From Cycas panzhihuaensis (lineage: Eukaryota > Plantae > Cycadophyta): a stretch of DNA of 64,000 nt. This document shows, piece by piece, positions 49,932 to 61,438 of the stretch. A program made the position numbers and the translations under genes. Below the pieces are notes generated by a model, which saw only the letters and a program-made list of their open reading frames with translations, was not told the DNA's origin and did no database searches. The DNA lies in contig CM041465.1 of NCBI GenBank assembly GCA_023213395.1, positions 222,649,741 to 222,713,740 of the forward strand, read 5' to 3'. The first letter of the stretch is position 1, and the number at the start of each line of letters is the position of its first letter.

Positions 49932-52166
49932 CTTTGTTATACTTTCTTTTGTTCCTCTCTTTATGATTAATAGTTCTCTAACAAGTGTTGTAATAGTTCT
50001 CTTATTGCCATATTTAGACTTGAAAACTTGCATCAAATCATTCCAACTTTTGATGGAAGCATGGGGTAGAGATTAGAACCAAATAGTTGCACTATCTAAT
50101 AATGAATAGACAAATAGTCTCATCACTATGTCAGATTTATTGACTCTAAATGTTTTGCATATAATGGAAAAATATTCAATGTATTATTCAACTAAAATGG
50201 ATCTATCTCACGTGAATCTAGGATAAGCCTTCCAAATGTCATTTGGAATATCAAGGTAGACTCCCTATAAATCCAAAGGATTATATTGCACCCAAGGAAG
50301 AATATCTCCTACATCATCATCATATATTATTGATGTGATCTTTTTTCCTCAACAACCTTGAGATTACTTATGAGCCTCCTTAACCATTTGACCAATTATT
50401 ATAGCAACAAATCATGAAAATATCTACAATAGAAATTCTGAACAAGAAAAGAAAACATGATTGTGGAGGTGCTTTCTTCCTCCCTAGTATGGTCACTAAG
50501 TTTTATTAACCTATTATTTGGTGCACCCTCTAAGAATGAGTTATTTAATAGTCATCGGTCTACATATATTCTAATCAAAAACTACACACAAGGACAAAGA
50601 CAACATTCATGTTGCAAAATGTTCAACTTAGACATATATTGGCTCGTATAGTACATTATGGTATAATGTATACAAGATAGAAATGGATCCATGATGAATT
50701 TACTATGAACATTCTCATAGATTAAAAAGGGGGTGAAAAGAGATAAGAAAATAAAGTTAAGGTAGAAAAGAAATAAAAAAAGACGTGAGAAAAAGATGTG
50801 ACAAATAGCTATTGTTTATAACCCTCAACACCTTATGTAAATACAATCTAGTGAACTTTAGGTAGACTAGATTAATTCACATGAATTGCACCTGCAACTG
50901 CCACAAACTAAAGACACTAGTATAACTTAGTCTCATAGTTCATAGTGTAAACATCTTGACAATAAGAAGATTTAGTCTCGTAGTTCACAATGTAAACATC
51001 TTGACGATAAGAAGATTTTAACTAAGTAGATCAAGTATAAAATTATTCAGATTATCAAAATAAGAAGAGTTTTATAGCAGATATCTCATTCAAGCCTATT
51101 TTGTACATCAAATCAGTCTAAGCAAAACACTTTGGCACATTAGACATATAACCATTAACTACTATCATAGAAGTAAAGTCGTAGAGAAGAAAAAAATAGG
51201 ACACATGATCGCACTAGTAAACCCAAGCACAACCATGTGATCCAACAAGGAAAAATGAATGGGCCCCTCTCTTCTAATTACTTTTGTTTCCCTTTTTATA
51301 ATTCATCTTTGTAGCCAACTGGAGTATGTCAACACTCCAAGTTGAAGTCGATGAAAGATCATTGTTGTGTTGTTGTTGGTGAGTTACAGCTGCTTGAATT
51401 GCAAGTTACATCTCTAGAAAGTACCTTCACAAAATATCTCGAATTTGGCAGTGTGACTTATGTCAAAATATCTATGCTCGATGAAGTTTTGTGTGCTCCA
51501 TTTGCCCTTCTCTATGTTCTACTATAAAGAATGGTTGCAAATGAGCTTGTAACTACCTTTTTAGTTGCCTTACCAGTACACACGTATGGCCCCATTGAGA
51601 TATTGCCATTTGATTGGCTATGCCAATCATATGTTAGTCCTTTCTGCTCTTTTCACATGTTTGTAGTTGCATACATAACAAGTTTTAATCATTTAAGAGA
51701 TCAAAAGGAGGGGTCCTTTGTATTTCCCCAAGATTTTGCAGTTATGAGAATAAGCGAGCATGCCCAAAGTTGCATTTGCAAAATGCAATGTCACACTATT
51801 TCCTACTTGCAATCTTGCAAGCTCACATATGAATACTCCTTATACATTTGCAACATGAAATCAATGTAATAGTAGCATATATCTCTAGCCTTAATCACTA
51901 TTGTTGATAAATGTCTTCCTAAATATGCCCCTTAAGTTATACTACCATCTTCTCATTGATTCATCGTTCTTATTGTAAGGCATTATTTTATTTATGTACA
52001 CTTTTTAGCAAGGGCTAAAAAGTGGTGGCAATAGAGCCCATGTAGGTGATGTATTTCCTTCATGTAGATTTTCATTAGTTAATCATTGGTTGTAGGTAAG
52101 GCAACAAATTATGGATATTTTACCAGTCTATCAACTATCATAAATATATCATCTTTCTTTCATATT

Positions 52167-55100
52167 TAAAAGTTTTGATCTAAAAACAAATAGAACCAAT
52201 GCAAAATTAATGTAGTTTATTAGGTAAAATTAGTCTACCTTCAAAATAAAATTTTATTCATTATGAATAATATACTATGCATGTGTACAATTCACTACAC
52301 ATATATAAATAAAATCGATAACAATCCAAACTCAACTCATAACCATCCTAACATGTGTCACATATCCATTAAGGACACCATCCTGACATGTGTCACATAT
52401 CCATTAAGGACTTTACATAACTACTAAACAAGTGTCATCAAGATAGTGATGACTCTACAACTCACCAAAAACTAATTGACCATTAATTCATGTAAACATT
52501 AAATCTAACACTCCTCCTTAATGTTTACATCATTGATTTTAATATTGATACAAGATCTAAATGTGTCAAACATGTCTCTAATTAATGATTTGGTAAGGAT
52601 ATCCATCTATTATTCTTCTATAGGTTTATATATAAGTTAAACTTCTTAATTCTGGATTTGCTCCTAAATGAAATAATAATGCACCTCAATATATTTAGTG
52701 CAAGCATGGAACACTAGACTTTTGATAATCTTCAAAATACTTTAACTGTCACAGTATAAAATAGTTACCTCATCCTAATGAAATCCCAACTCACCAAGGA
52801 TTTGTTACAACTAGATAATCTCATAAGTTATTACAACAACAACTTTGTATTGTGCTTTAGTAGATGACAATACAACATTCAATTGCTTCTTGCTACTCCA
52901 GGTGATAATAATATAATCCAAACTAAAGTAATATCTTGAAGTGGACCTTCTAATATTAGCACATCCAACGCAATCAGAATTCAAATATCCATCTAACTAG
53001 AAATTATTATTTTGGCTAAATTTCAATCCATAATATAACGTCCCCTACAAATATCTCAAGATTCTCTTTATAGTTTTCTAATGGTTTTATTTCAATTATG
53101 TTATAAACCTTGATATCATACCAATTGCAAAGGATATATCAAGCCTAGTTATAGTCAAGTAGATAAAACTATCAACTAATTATCTGTACATCATACCATC
53201 TAAATGGTCTTCATCATCCAAAGTTGTCAACTTTTAACTTGTCTCCATACGGGGTGGGCCAGATTCCTCTATTCTAAATTCCCTTAGAATTTTCTGTACA
53301 TACTTAGCTTATGAAATGAAGATCTTTCCAGGCTTCCATTACACTTCCACTCCCAAAAAGTAATGGAGAGATCCAAGATTTATCATTTCAAATATTTTCT
53401 TAAGATCATCCTTCAAGTCTTCAACCTTGAGGTATTGCTACATGTTATCACAAGATCATCTACATACAAAACCACAAAGATAATTAAATCGCCTTCAACT
53501 TTGATATATAGATTTGGATCAATTAGTGACCCATTAAACCTATTATTCAAAAAATATGGATCGATCTTGGAATATTAAGCTCTTAAAGCACACTTTAGGC
53601 CATACAAATCCTTATTCAAGTGACATATTGATCACTCTTTTCCCTTTGCAATATATCTAGGCAGATGCTCCATATAGACCTCCTCCTCAGGATCTCCATT
53701 TAAGAAGGCACTTTTGACATTAAGATGGTGCAACTACCATTTGAACTAAGCAATGAATGTCAACATCAATCTAATTATCGCCATCTTAACTACTAGAGAT
53801 AATGCCTCCTAGTAATCAATCCCTTATATCTGCATGAACTCTTTAACTACTAATTTGGCTTTGTATTTGTCAACTGAGTTATTAGATTTAAGTTTGGTCT
53901 TATAAACCCATTTGCAATTCATCACCTATTTGCCTACTAGCAAATCAATAAGTCCCAAGTCTTATTCTACTCCACAGCATGGATTTCAATATCTATTATT
54001 GTTCTCCATTTTTCCTCTTGGTTGGCCTCCTCAAAACTCAAAGGCTTTTTAACATTCAACATGACTACCATCAAGAAAAATTTGATTGTATCAGGTCTCA
54101 TCCTAAATTTTTGTTTTCCTTCAATCTCAAACAATTGAAATTTTATAATAGTTTTCAATTACCATTAAGAGAGTTTCTTTACAGGTGGAACAATCTCAAA
54201 CTAAACTTCAAGTTATGACTCTTAAGCATCTTCATACTCTCCCACCTCACCTACCTTTTCATCATATAACTTTGGCTTTACTTTTAGGCTCAACAAACGG
54301 CTACCTCGAAGAACTATATTCTAGTTGTTCTTGATCTACTTCCCTTTATCTTACCAAATCCTCAAAGTGTTTAGGTCCTAGTCCTTATCTATGTCTTTCT
54401 TGCCACTTTCATTAAAGATGACATCCCAAGTTGTGTGTACCTTTTTAGTTGCCAACTCATCTACTCGATACGTTTTGTTGTCTTCATTGTACCTTATAAG
54501 GATGCACTTGGAACTTTTATCATCAAACTCCTAGTAGTTCTTCTTTAGAACATATATATATGCAATACTTCCAAAGATTCTAAGATGGTTCGCTATAGGT
54601 TTTCTACCTAACTATGTTTTTTCTTATGTCATATTTTATACCGTTTTTGTAGCACTTCTATTAGTCAAGTATATTATTGTGCAAACAACTTTAGTTTTAA
54701 AAATCTCCAAGAGATTCTTCACTTTCATTATTGACTTGGTATTTTTTACCAAAGTCCTATCCATCCTCTCAGCTACACCATTTTGTTGTGGCATGTATAT
54801 TGTTATTAATTACTTTTTAAGTCTGTGGACCTTACAAAACTCTATAGAGGTATTAGAGGTATGTTCTCTTCTATTATTTCATCTAAAAACCTTCTATCTC
54901 TAACTACTTTCACCTTGAATTCCTTAAAAATGTTGAATATGCTTCTTTATAGGATACACCTAAACCTTCTTCAAAAAATCATCAATGAAAGTAAAAAATA
55001 TATCTTGCCCCTCTAAACAAAGTGGTTAGCATTGGACCACAAATATTTGAATGGACTAAACTTAGCTCTTCAATCACTCTCCAAGCTTTGCCTTTTGAAA

Positions 55101-58100
55101 ACTTTTCTTTATGTTAGTTTCTAAAGATGCAAGATTTGCAAATGCATTTTACTATTTTAAATTTTAGAAGACTATGAACCATATTCAATTTATGCATTAA
55201 ATAAAGACAAGGATAATTCACATGACCCATTCTTTTATGCCATAACCAAATTTTACATGATACATCAATAGATAATGTTATTTGGTTTGTAGATTTACCT
55301 TAAAACGTATAAACACCACCAACTCTTAAACCCTCTACAACAATTTTGCCTTTGTGATCGTTGATAATAGTCTTTCCATCCTTTAAGAGAACATTCATGT
55401 TATTATCTTCAATCTGACTAATAGAGATTAAGTTCTTCAATCCTAGCATGCACATCACATCATCAATGTGGCAATTTTTTCCATTAGGTCGATGAATGGG
55501 ACCTCCCCTATACATTTTGCATTTAACACCTTATTGTCTTCCAAAGTCACTGTATACCCAATTACTTCTAACATACACCTAAACCATTCAAATCTCCTTG
55601 CCATGTGTCTATAAGCTCTTGAGTCAATATACCAGACATCACTTGGCTTTGAATTCATTAGTGAAATTGACAAGAAGAGTTTTTAATCCTTATTAGTTGA
55701 ATTAGTAGATTCTTTAAAAATGTGTCATGTTGCAATTTCTTCTTATGTTTTTGTTAACCTTCCTTCATCCATTGATTATCTTGCCACTTCCTATAATCCT
55801 TCTTGAAATGGCCCAATTTATTACAGTAAAAGCACAATTTGGTTGTACTTTATAAATAGATTGTTGGTATTATTTAGATGACTCCTTCCTTGGGATAAAT
55901 GTTTTTTTTTTCCTTTAACTTGGATGAGAATGCACCTAAGGATCCGCGAACAATATTGTCCTTCAATATCTGCTCATGTTGCAAAAACAACACTTCTAAA
56001 TCAATGAATGAGATTTTACCTACTTTCTCTAACAAGAAAAAACTTGTTATAAAGTTTTCAAATCTCTTCGAAAGGCTTCTCAACACAACCACAATGAGAT
56101 CCTTATCATCAATTGTTTCTCCAACATTCCCTAATTGATTCCTTATGCTCTTCATAATTTAGAGATGTTTTGTAAGTGAACCTATCATTCTAATATTGTA
56201 TAACTAATTCTTTATAATCATAATTCTTGCATCATTTTTTGTCTCAAAAACAAAAATAATAATATCCCAGACTTCCTTAAGAGTTTAAGCTCTCTTAACA
56301 TTTTCCACTATAATTCCACTAATGGATAGATTTATTGGTCTTAAGGCAAAATCATACCTGTCTTCATATTTTTCTCTCTTTCAGTGGCAAATTTTTCATC
56401 TGATTTCTTCACCTTGCCTTGTATTATTTGCCACAGTGCATTCATTTGAAGCTAATTCATCATTTGATACTTCCATGTGCTATAATTTTTAATACCAATT
56501 AATTTGTCTACTTGGGAATTAAATAAACTTCCATCCAACATTATTATATGAAAAATTTTCATAAAAAGTACACAATGACACAAAAAAAGGGCCATTAAAT
56601 AACCCTAACACAACACATACTATTTTTTATTAATTTAGAGTCTTCAATCACTTCACAGAATATTAATAAAATATAAAATACCTTGGTCACCATGTAAGGA
56701 TTCAAAATTATGTCATACAACCTCGATAAATTGAAAGAACATAAAAAACTACTATATAAATGCGCTTTTAAATTTTACGTTAGGCATCTCAATGAGCCAT
56801 AAATTGCCTTAATAGCATGCCTCCCATGTGACCAAGAGCTCTCAACAAAAAGGGAGGCTAATTGATGGATTTCAAAAGATCATTTAATACAACTAACATT
56901 ACAAAAAACAAAAATACTTTATATCATATGTTTTCAATGGCTAAATATGCCACAGAATTTGCCAATTCCCTACACGTGTTTGTGAATTTTCAATGGTTTT
57001 TCTTGATGGCAATCGATTTGACTCAAGTCTTCTTCATCTTGCATAAGTTAGGTTTTTGGGTCTAATTCGATTTCATATTCTTTGTCTCATATCTCTAATC
57101 GCCAAGCTCACTGCCTAATCTTTGTGTTTGATGTGTTTATCATTATCGATGCCTAAAATTCATTATGCCAACAATATGATAGAAGTGTCATCTAAATAGT
57201 TGTTGGCCCTATCAACATCTGAATTATTCTTTATGTCTACAAAGGTAATCATAGACCTATACAAAGTTATATTTATTGTTTTCACGACTTTAGATACCAC
57301 TTTTCACGTGGTCATTAAGCACCCCATATGTCATAGAACCCTAACTCAGATTTTTTCATAGCAATCAAAATACATCTTGTTATTAGCCTTAGCCTTCATA
57401 TTTCTAAACACAGCATCACAATTCGAGTACTTTTTTGCAATGACCTTTGTGATTAATCAATGAATCTTAGACCTTTAGCAAGGGCTTGGATCATAGGATG
57501 GAAACCTCTAAAGCACACAAAATGGCACTAAAAAATCCCCCCAATATGTTATTCAAAGGTTCTTCTTTGCAACCCTCACAATAATCCTAGAACTCAAAAT
57601 TAAAATCGTCTAAAGATGCAATTGACACTAATACATATTTCTACCAAAGTTAGAGAGATTCTCATTTTTTTTTATTTGAATATATTTGATTGACCACAAG
57701 TAGTACAATGAGGTGAAATCTTGCTCTTCAACTATGAAATTATACTTTTATTATTTCTATAGTTTGCTTTGCATCGAACTATGACATTGCACCATGACGA
57801 GCTAGACCAAAAAACAAGCATTGCTTAATCTCTTACTCCAAAACTACTTACACTGTAACATCTACAATGAAGTTGAGAAACTAAGGTCTGAAGTGTCACA
57901 ATTTAAAGCCCACTTATGCCAATAATTACTCTAAGAGATGTTTCAAGTATCAATTTTTTTTTAAACACTCAAATTGGCATGGGATTTATGTAAAAAAACT
58001 AGCATAGAGGAGACTCAGTCCTGGTTCTCCTCCTCCACTAGTTTCAACTCCAAGAGAAAAATCTAATAGTCCATTTACTAATGACATACACAGATATTTA

Positions 58101-58584
58101 TGCACTTTGCAAAAGACTCATTAAATTCTCTCACATGTTCATTTAAATCTACACAACATACTTGGTTTTAAACACCATTGAATTCACCTAAAGATGCCTT
58201 GAATTAGTTCATCACAATCTATAGGCTAAATTTTTTATTGACCACCTATAAATAATCTGCTTTGATACCAAATAAAATTTTTGTTCCAGAAATGAATAAA
58301 ACTAATTGAAAATTGAGACACAATCTACCTTTGAAACAAATTTTCATTCATTTAGAATGACACACTATGCATATCTATAATCCAACACAAATATATGTAT
58401 AAATAGGATCAGTATAAATAGGATCAATAACAGTCCAAATTCAACTTGTAACTGCCCTAACACATGTTACATATCCATTAAGGACTTTATGTAACTCTTG
58501 GACAAGTGTTATCAAACTAGTGATGACCTTACAACTCACCAAAAACTAATTGAGCATTAACTCATGCAAACATTAATTCTAACA
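52167..58584 (-). mobile_element. Full-length decayed Ty1/copia element G
   Basis: LTRs 58584-58273 and 52510-52167 (TGTTAG...); TSD ATATT (52162-52166, 58585-58589); Met-i PBS TGGTATCAAAGC (58270-58259); PPT TAAGGAGGAG (52520-52511). Confidence 0.93.
52530..56541 (-). pseudogene. copia gag-PR-INT-RT-RH polyprotein pseudogene
   Basis: gag NYSTWK, DLIVVVLRSLSKRFENF; knuckle CFYCNKLGHFKKD; PR WYIDSRAYRHM; INT PQQNGVAERM; RT P.SFEEA...KW, NVKSAFLNG, VVLYVDDL; RH TKYIEVHYYFI. Copia domain order. Confidence 0.92.
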
Positions 58585-59439
58585 ATATTTTCATCCACTA
58601 GTGATAAAAGTCCATTAAAATATCCTCTTATTTTACTTCTATTATTAGTTGAGGATGTAATAACCTTACAGATTATACGTTGTTATGCTTACACCTTTGA
58701 TATGTCTTACATTCTACCATGAATTATTTTCTCTCTTTTTTCATATTCTTTTAGTAAAAGGCCTAATAGATCTTCTAGTAGATCTTGAAGAACCTAGCAT
58801 GCCTAACATTATTTATGAAAGTTGGAAATAAATAATTTTTTCTTGTACTAAAGGACATCACTTTTCCATTAAAAAAACTTTTGTTGGTTGTGTTTTCTCT
58901 TTCTCTGACTTCTCTATGAGGGTATTGTTGTCCATATCCTTCCATACTTTCCTTACTGGTTTAACCATAATAATTGAATGTAATATGACTTCATCTTTAT
59001 CTTGTTTAGAGGTGGTGTCCACTATAATATTGAGTTTTCCCTTCTTATAAAATATATAGAAGTGAAAAGGGCAAAATTTTACTAACTTATTTTTAGTATT
59101 TAGGGGATAGATTGTTCTACTTAAGAAGGTGTTATAAATTATTGTGGTATAGGTTTTACCTAAACTTGCTTCCTAGTGAGTATTATCTTCATTTACTAAG
59201 TGCATATAGTATGGATAACTTCTCTTTATCATTTGTGAACTAAAACCTACATTTATCATTCAGCTCCCTACTTCCACCCTCAATGGGATATTGAATTCAT
59301 CTTCAAAAGGTTAATGAAGTGAAAAGCAAAGTGAAAGGTTACATGTGTACAATTCTTTATGAACTTCTAATATCCTAACAGGCCTAGAAAACCCTCTTAA
59401 TTTGAAAATATTCTTTAATGTTATCCATTTGATTATGGC

Positions 59440-60733
59440 TCAAATACATATAAAACAAGTTATCATGCACTAAAAACAAATATCGTATAAGCTATGCCCA
59501 TTTTAATTTTTAGTTTTATCTTGTGCCAGTTTCTGCCCACACATGAATTTTAATGATGGCTTCACTATTAAAAGCCTTTAAATAGTACAATTCTTGTCTA
59601 TAGGTTTTTTAAATTGACTTCAAAATAAATTTGGAGATTTATTCTCCCTTCACCCCTCTTATTTCACTATAAATACTCTCTCACTTGAAAGCCTTTTGGT
59701 TCACAATTTTTTGTTTACTCGCATAAGCACTTTCTCATTCACATTCAAGCAAGTCTCTTCACATATTATTTATCATTATCTCTCATTCATTTTCACATTT
59801 ACTCAGGCAATTTCACATGCTCTAATTGTTGCCTTCGTGTTTGTAGAGATTTTCGATTGTCTCTCTCAAATTATTGGTTATGTTCCATAGTGCGAGTGAC
59901 ACACTATTATTCAACGATATCATTGTTCCATGCCAATGGTTATTCATTGTTATCCAGCAATATCCCTCTCCCCATGTCGCAAGTTATACATTGTGGTCCA
60001 ACAATATCCATCTCGTAATACCACAAATCTAACACTATTTCAATAATATCGTTGTGGACCTCATGTTGTCTTCTAGCAGTACCATCACAAATCTCTCATA
60101 TTGTTTTAGTAGTATCACTCTCACAATACCGTGGGTTCTGCATTGTATTTCAACAATATTGATTGAATTGGTTGGATCACTTATTTGATTTTATCTCACT
60201 CTCATATTATTTCATTTGTATAATTTTCTTATTGCTCTTACACATATTTGGATTGTTTTGTCAACTTGGATGATCTATTAAATGCTTGTTAACCCAACTC
60301 AGGCATAGCCTTGTCCCTATATTAAAGCAACACTCCTTCATTCTCATACAAGTTTCTTTTTAGAATGTCTCACATCAACAGTTAATGAGTACTCGATAGC
60401 ATTTTCCTTTTTGATGTTGATTTGTAAGAAGAAAATTAGAAAGAATCTCGTGCATACACTCATCAACAAGGATACATATTCAAGCAACAAACCAGGAAAG
60501 AACCACTCATATGTTTGGTTTGATTATTTAGAAACGGAAATAATAAGTTGTGTTAAAAAATCCCAAAAACCCTTACTAAGAGACAAGTTGTTGTATATAT
60601 ACTAATATTCTTATCGCCCATAGATTTACATGTTCTTTATGAAATAAATCTTATTTCTTTCTTCTAGGGTATATCTCTACCCTAGGTATTATCTTATAGA
60701 TTAAAAGAATGAAGTCCCCTTCCCAAGCAAACA
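59440..60733 (+). repeat. 3' half of a family E LTR (ends CCCAAGCAAACA) followed by a PBS remnant (~60737-60755)
   Basis: Reverse-complement match to 38371-39350. Confidence 0.7.
59890..60160. repeat. Degenerate tandem repeat (…CACTATT(A)TTCAAYRATATCRTTG…) inside the E LTR copy
   Basis: Recurring motifs caacgatatcattg, cagcaatatc, caataatatcgttg, caacaatattg. Confidence 0.6.
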
Positions 60734-60782
60734 CTTTAGCAACTATACTTAGGATTGAACCTAGAATGTCTAATTTTGCAAA

Positions 60783-61420
60783 CCCGATTTTAGCCCTCCT
60801 ATCCTAAATCAAATATGATTTCATTATCTCTCATTAAATATGTATAAGTTGTTTGTCATATATCTTATTGTATTTTTTATTGCTTGTGTTTACTTGTCAT
60901 TTTACCTTATACTGCATTTTAATTGACCATTCCCTTATATTTGCCTACACATATTGAATCCCCCACTTGTTGATAATGAAAATAGGATATGTTTCCCTAT
61001 AACAACTCATGTTATGAAGGCATAACTTTGGAGGCTCAATAAATACCCATGATAAACACCATAATACATTTCTTCTATGGCAACCTCTTGTTTATCTTGT
61101 TTTACACTCTCTTTTAACTCATTTGAGTGACTTTATTGAATTGACATGAGCTTGTACTCCCTTGAGTCAACTCTCACTTGGGTTAAACATGAGTTAGTGC
61201 CCTTCTAAGTAATTCGTGTAAGCGAACATGAACATGTTTTATCACCTTGATTACTTCATTTATATTTTTACCTTAATTTTTATAATAATTTATTGTTCCA
61301 CATAGTTTATTGTGTAGATCTTCTTAAATGCATATAAGACATGAAGTGGTGGGATAAAAATGGACATCGTATGAGAAAATTATGCCCATTTTAAGTTTTT
61401 GTCTTCTCCCATATGCCTAT
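60783..61420 (+). repeat. 5' half of another family E LTR
   Basis: Reverse-complement match to 39290-39985. Confidence 0.7.
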
Positions 61421-61438
61421 TTCTATCCACGCTATGCA

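Larger units (their letters stand above)
47766..52033 (-). mobile_element. Non-autonomous gag-only LTR element H (LTRs 52033-50512 and 49721-47766)
   Basis: ~1.5-kb direct repeats (decayed TGTTG...AACA); PBS TAGTGACCATACTAGGGA (50498-50481) nearly identical to that of B; internal ~0.8 kb gag remnant WF*SLPHASIKSWNDLMQVFKSKY...KRGTKESITKY; no pol. Confidence 0.85.
46330..59350 (-). mobile_element. Decayed chromovirus F (RH-INT-chromodomain-PPT-LTR), interrupted by G and H
   Basis: RH remnant ~59300-59000; integrase EDILMDF.. (58630-58590) rejoins IFMIVDRL.KY (52160-52034 and 47696-47563); chromodomain ..EYLIQ*K...KDASW (~46880-46710); PPT 46690-46681; LTR from 46678. Outer ends approximate. 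Confidence 0.8.
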
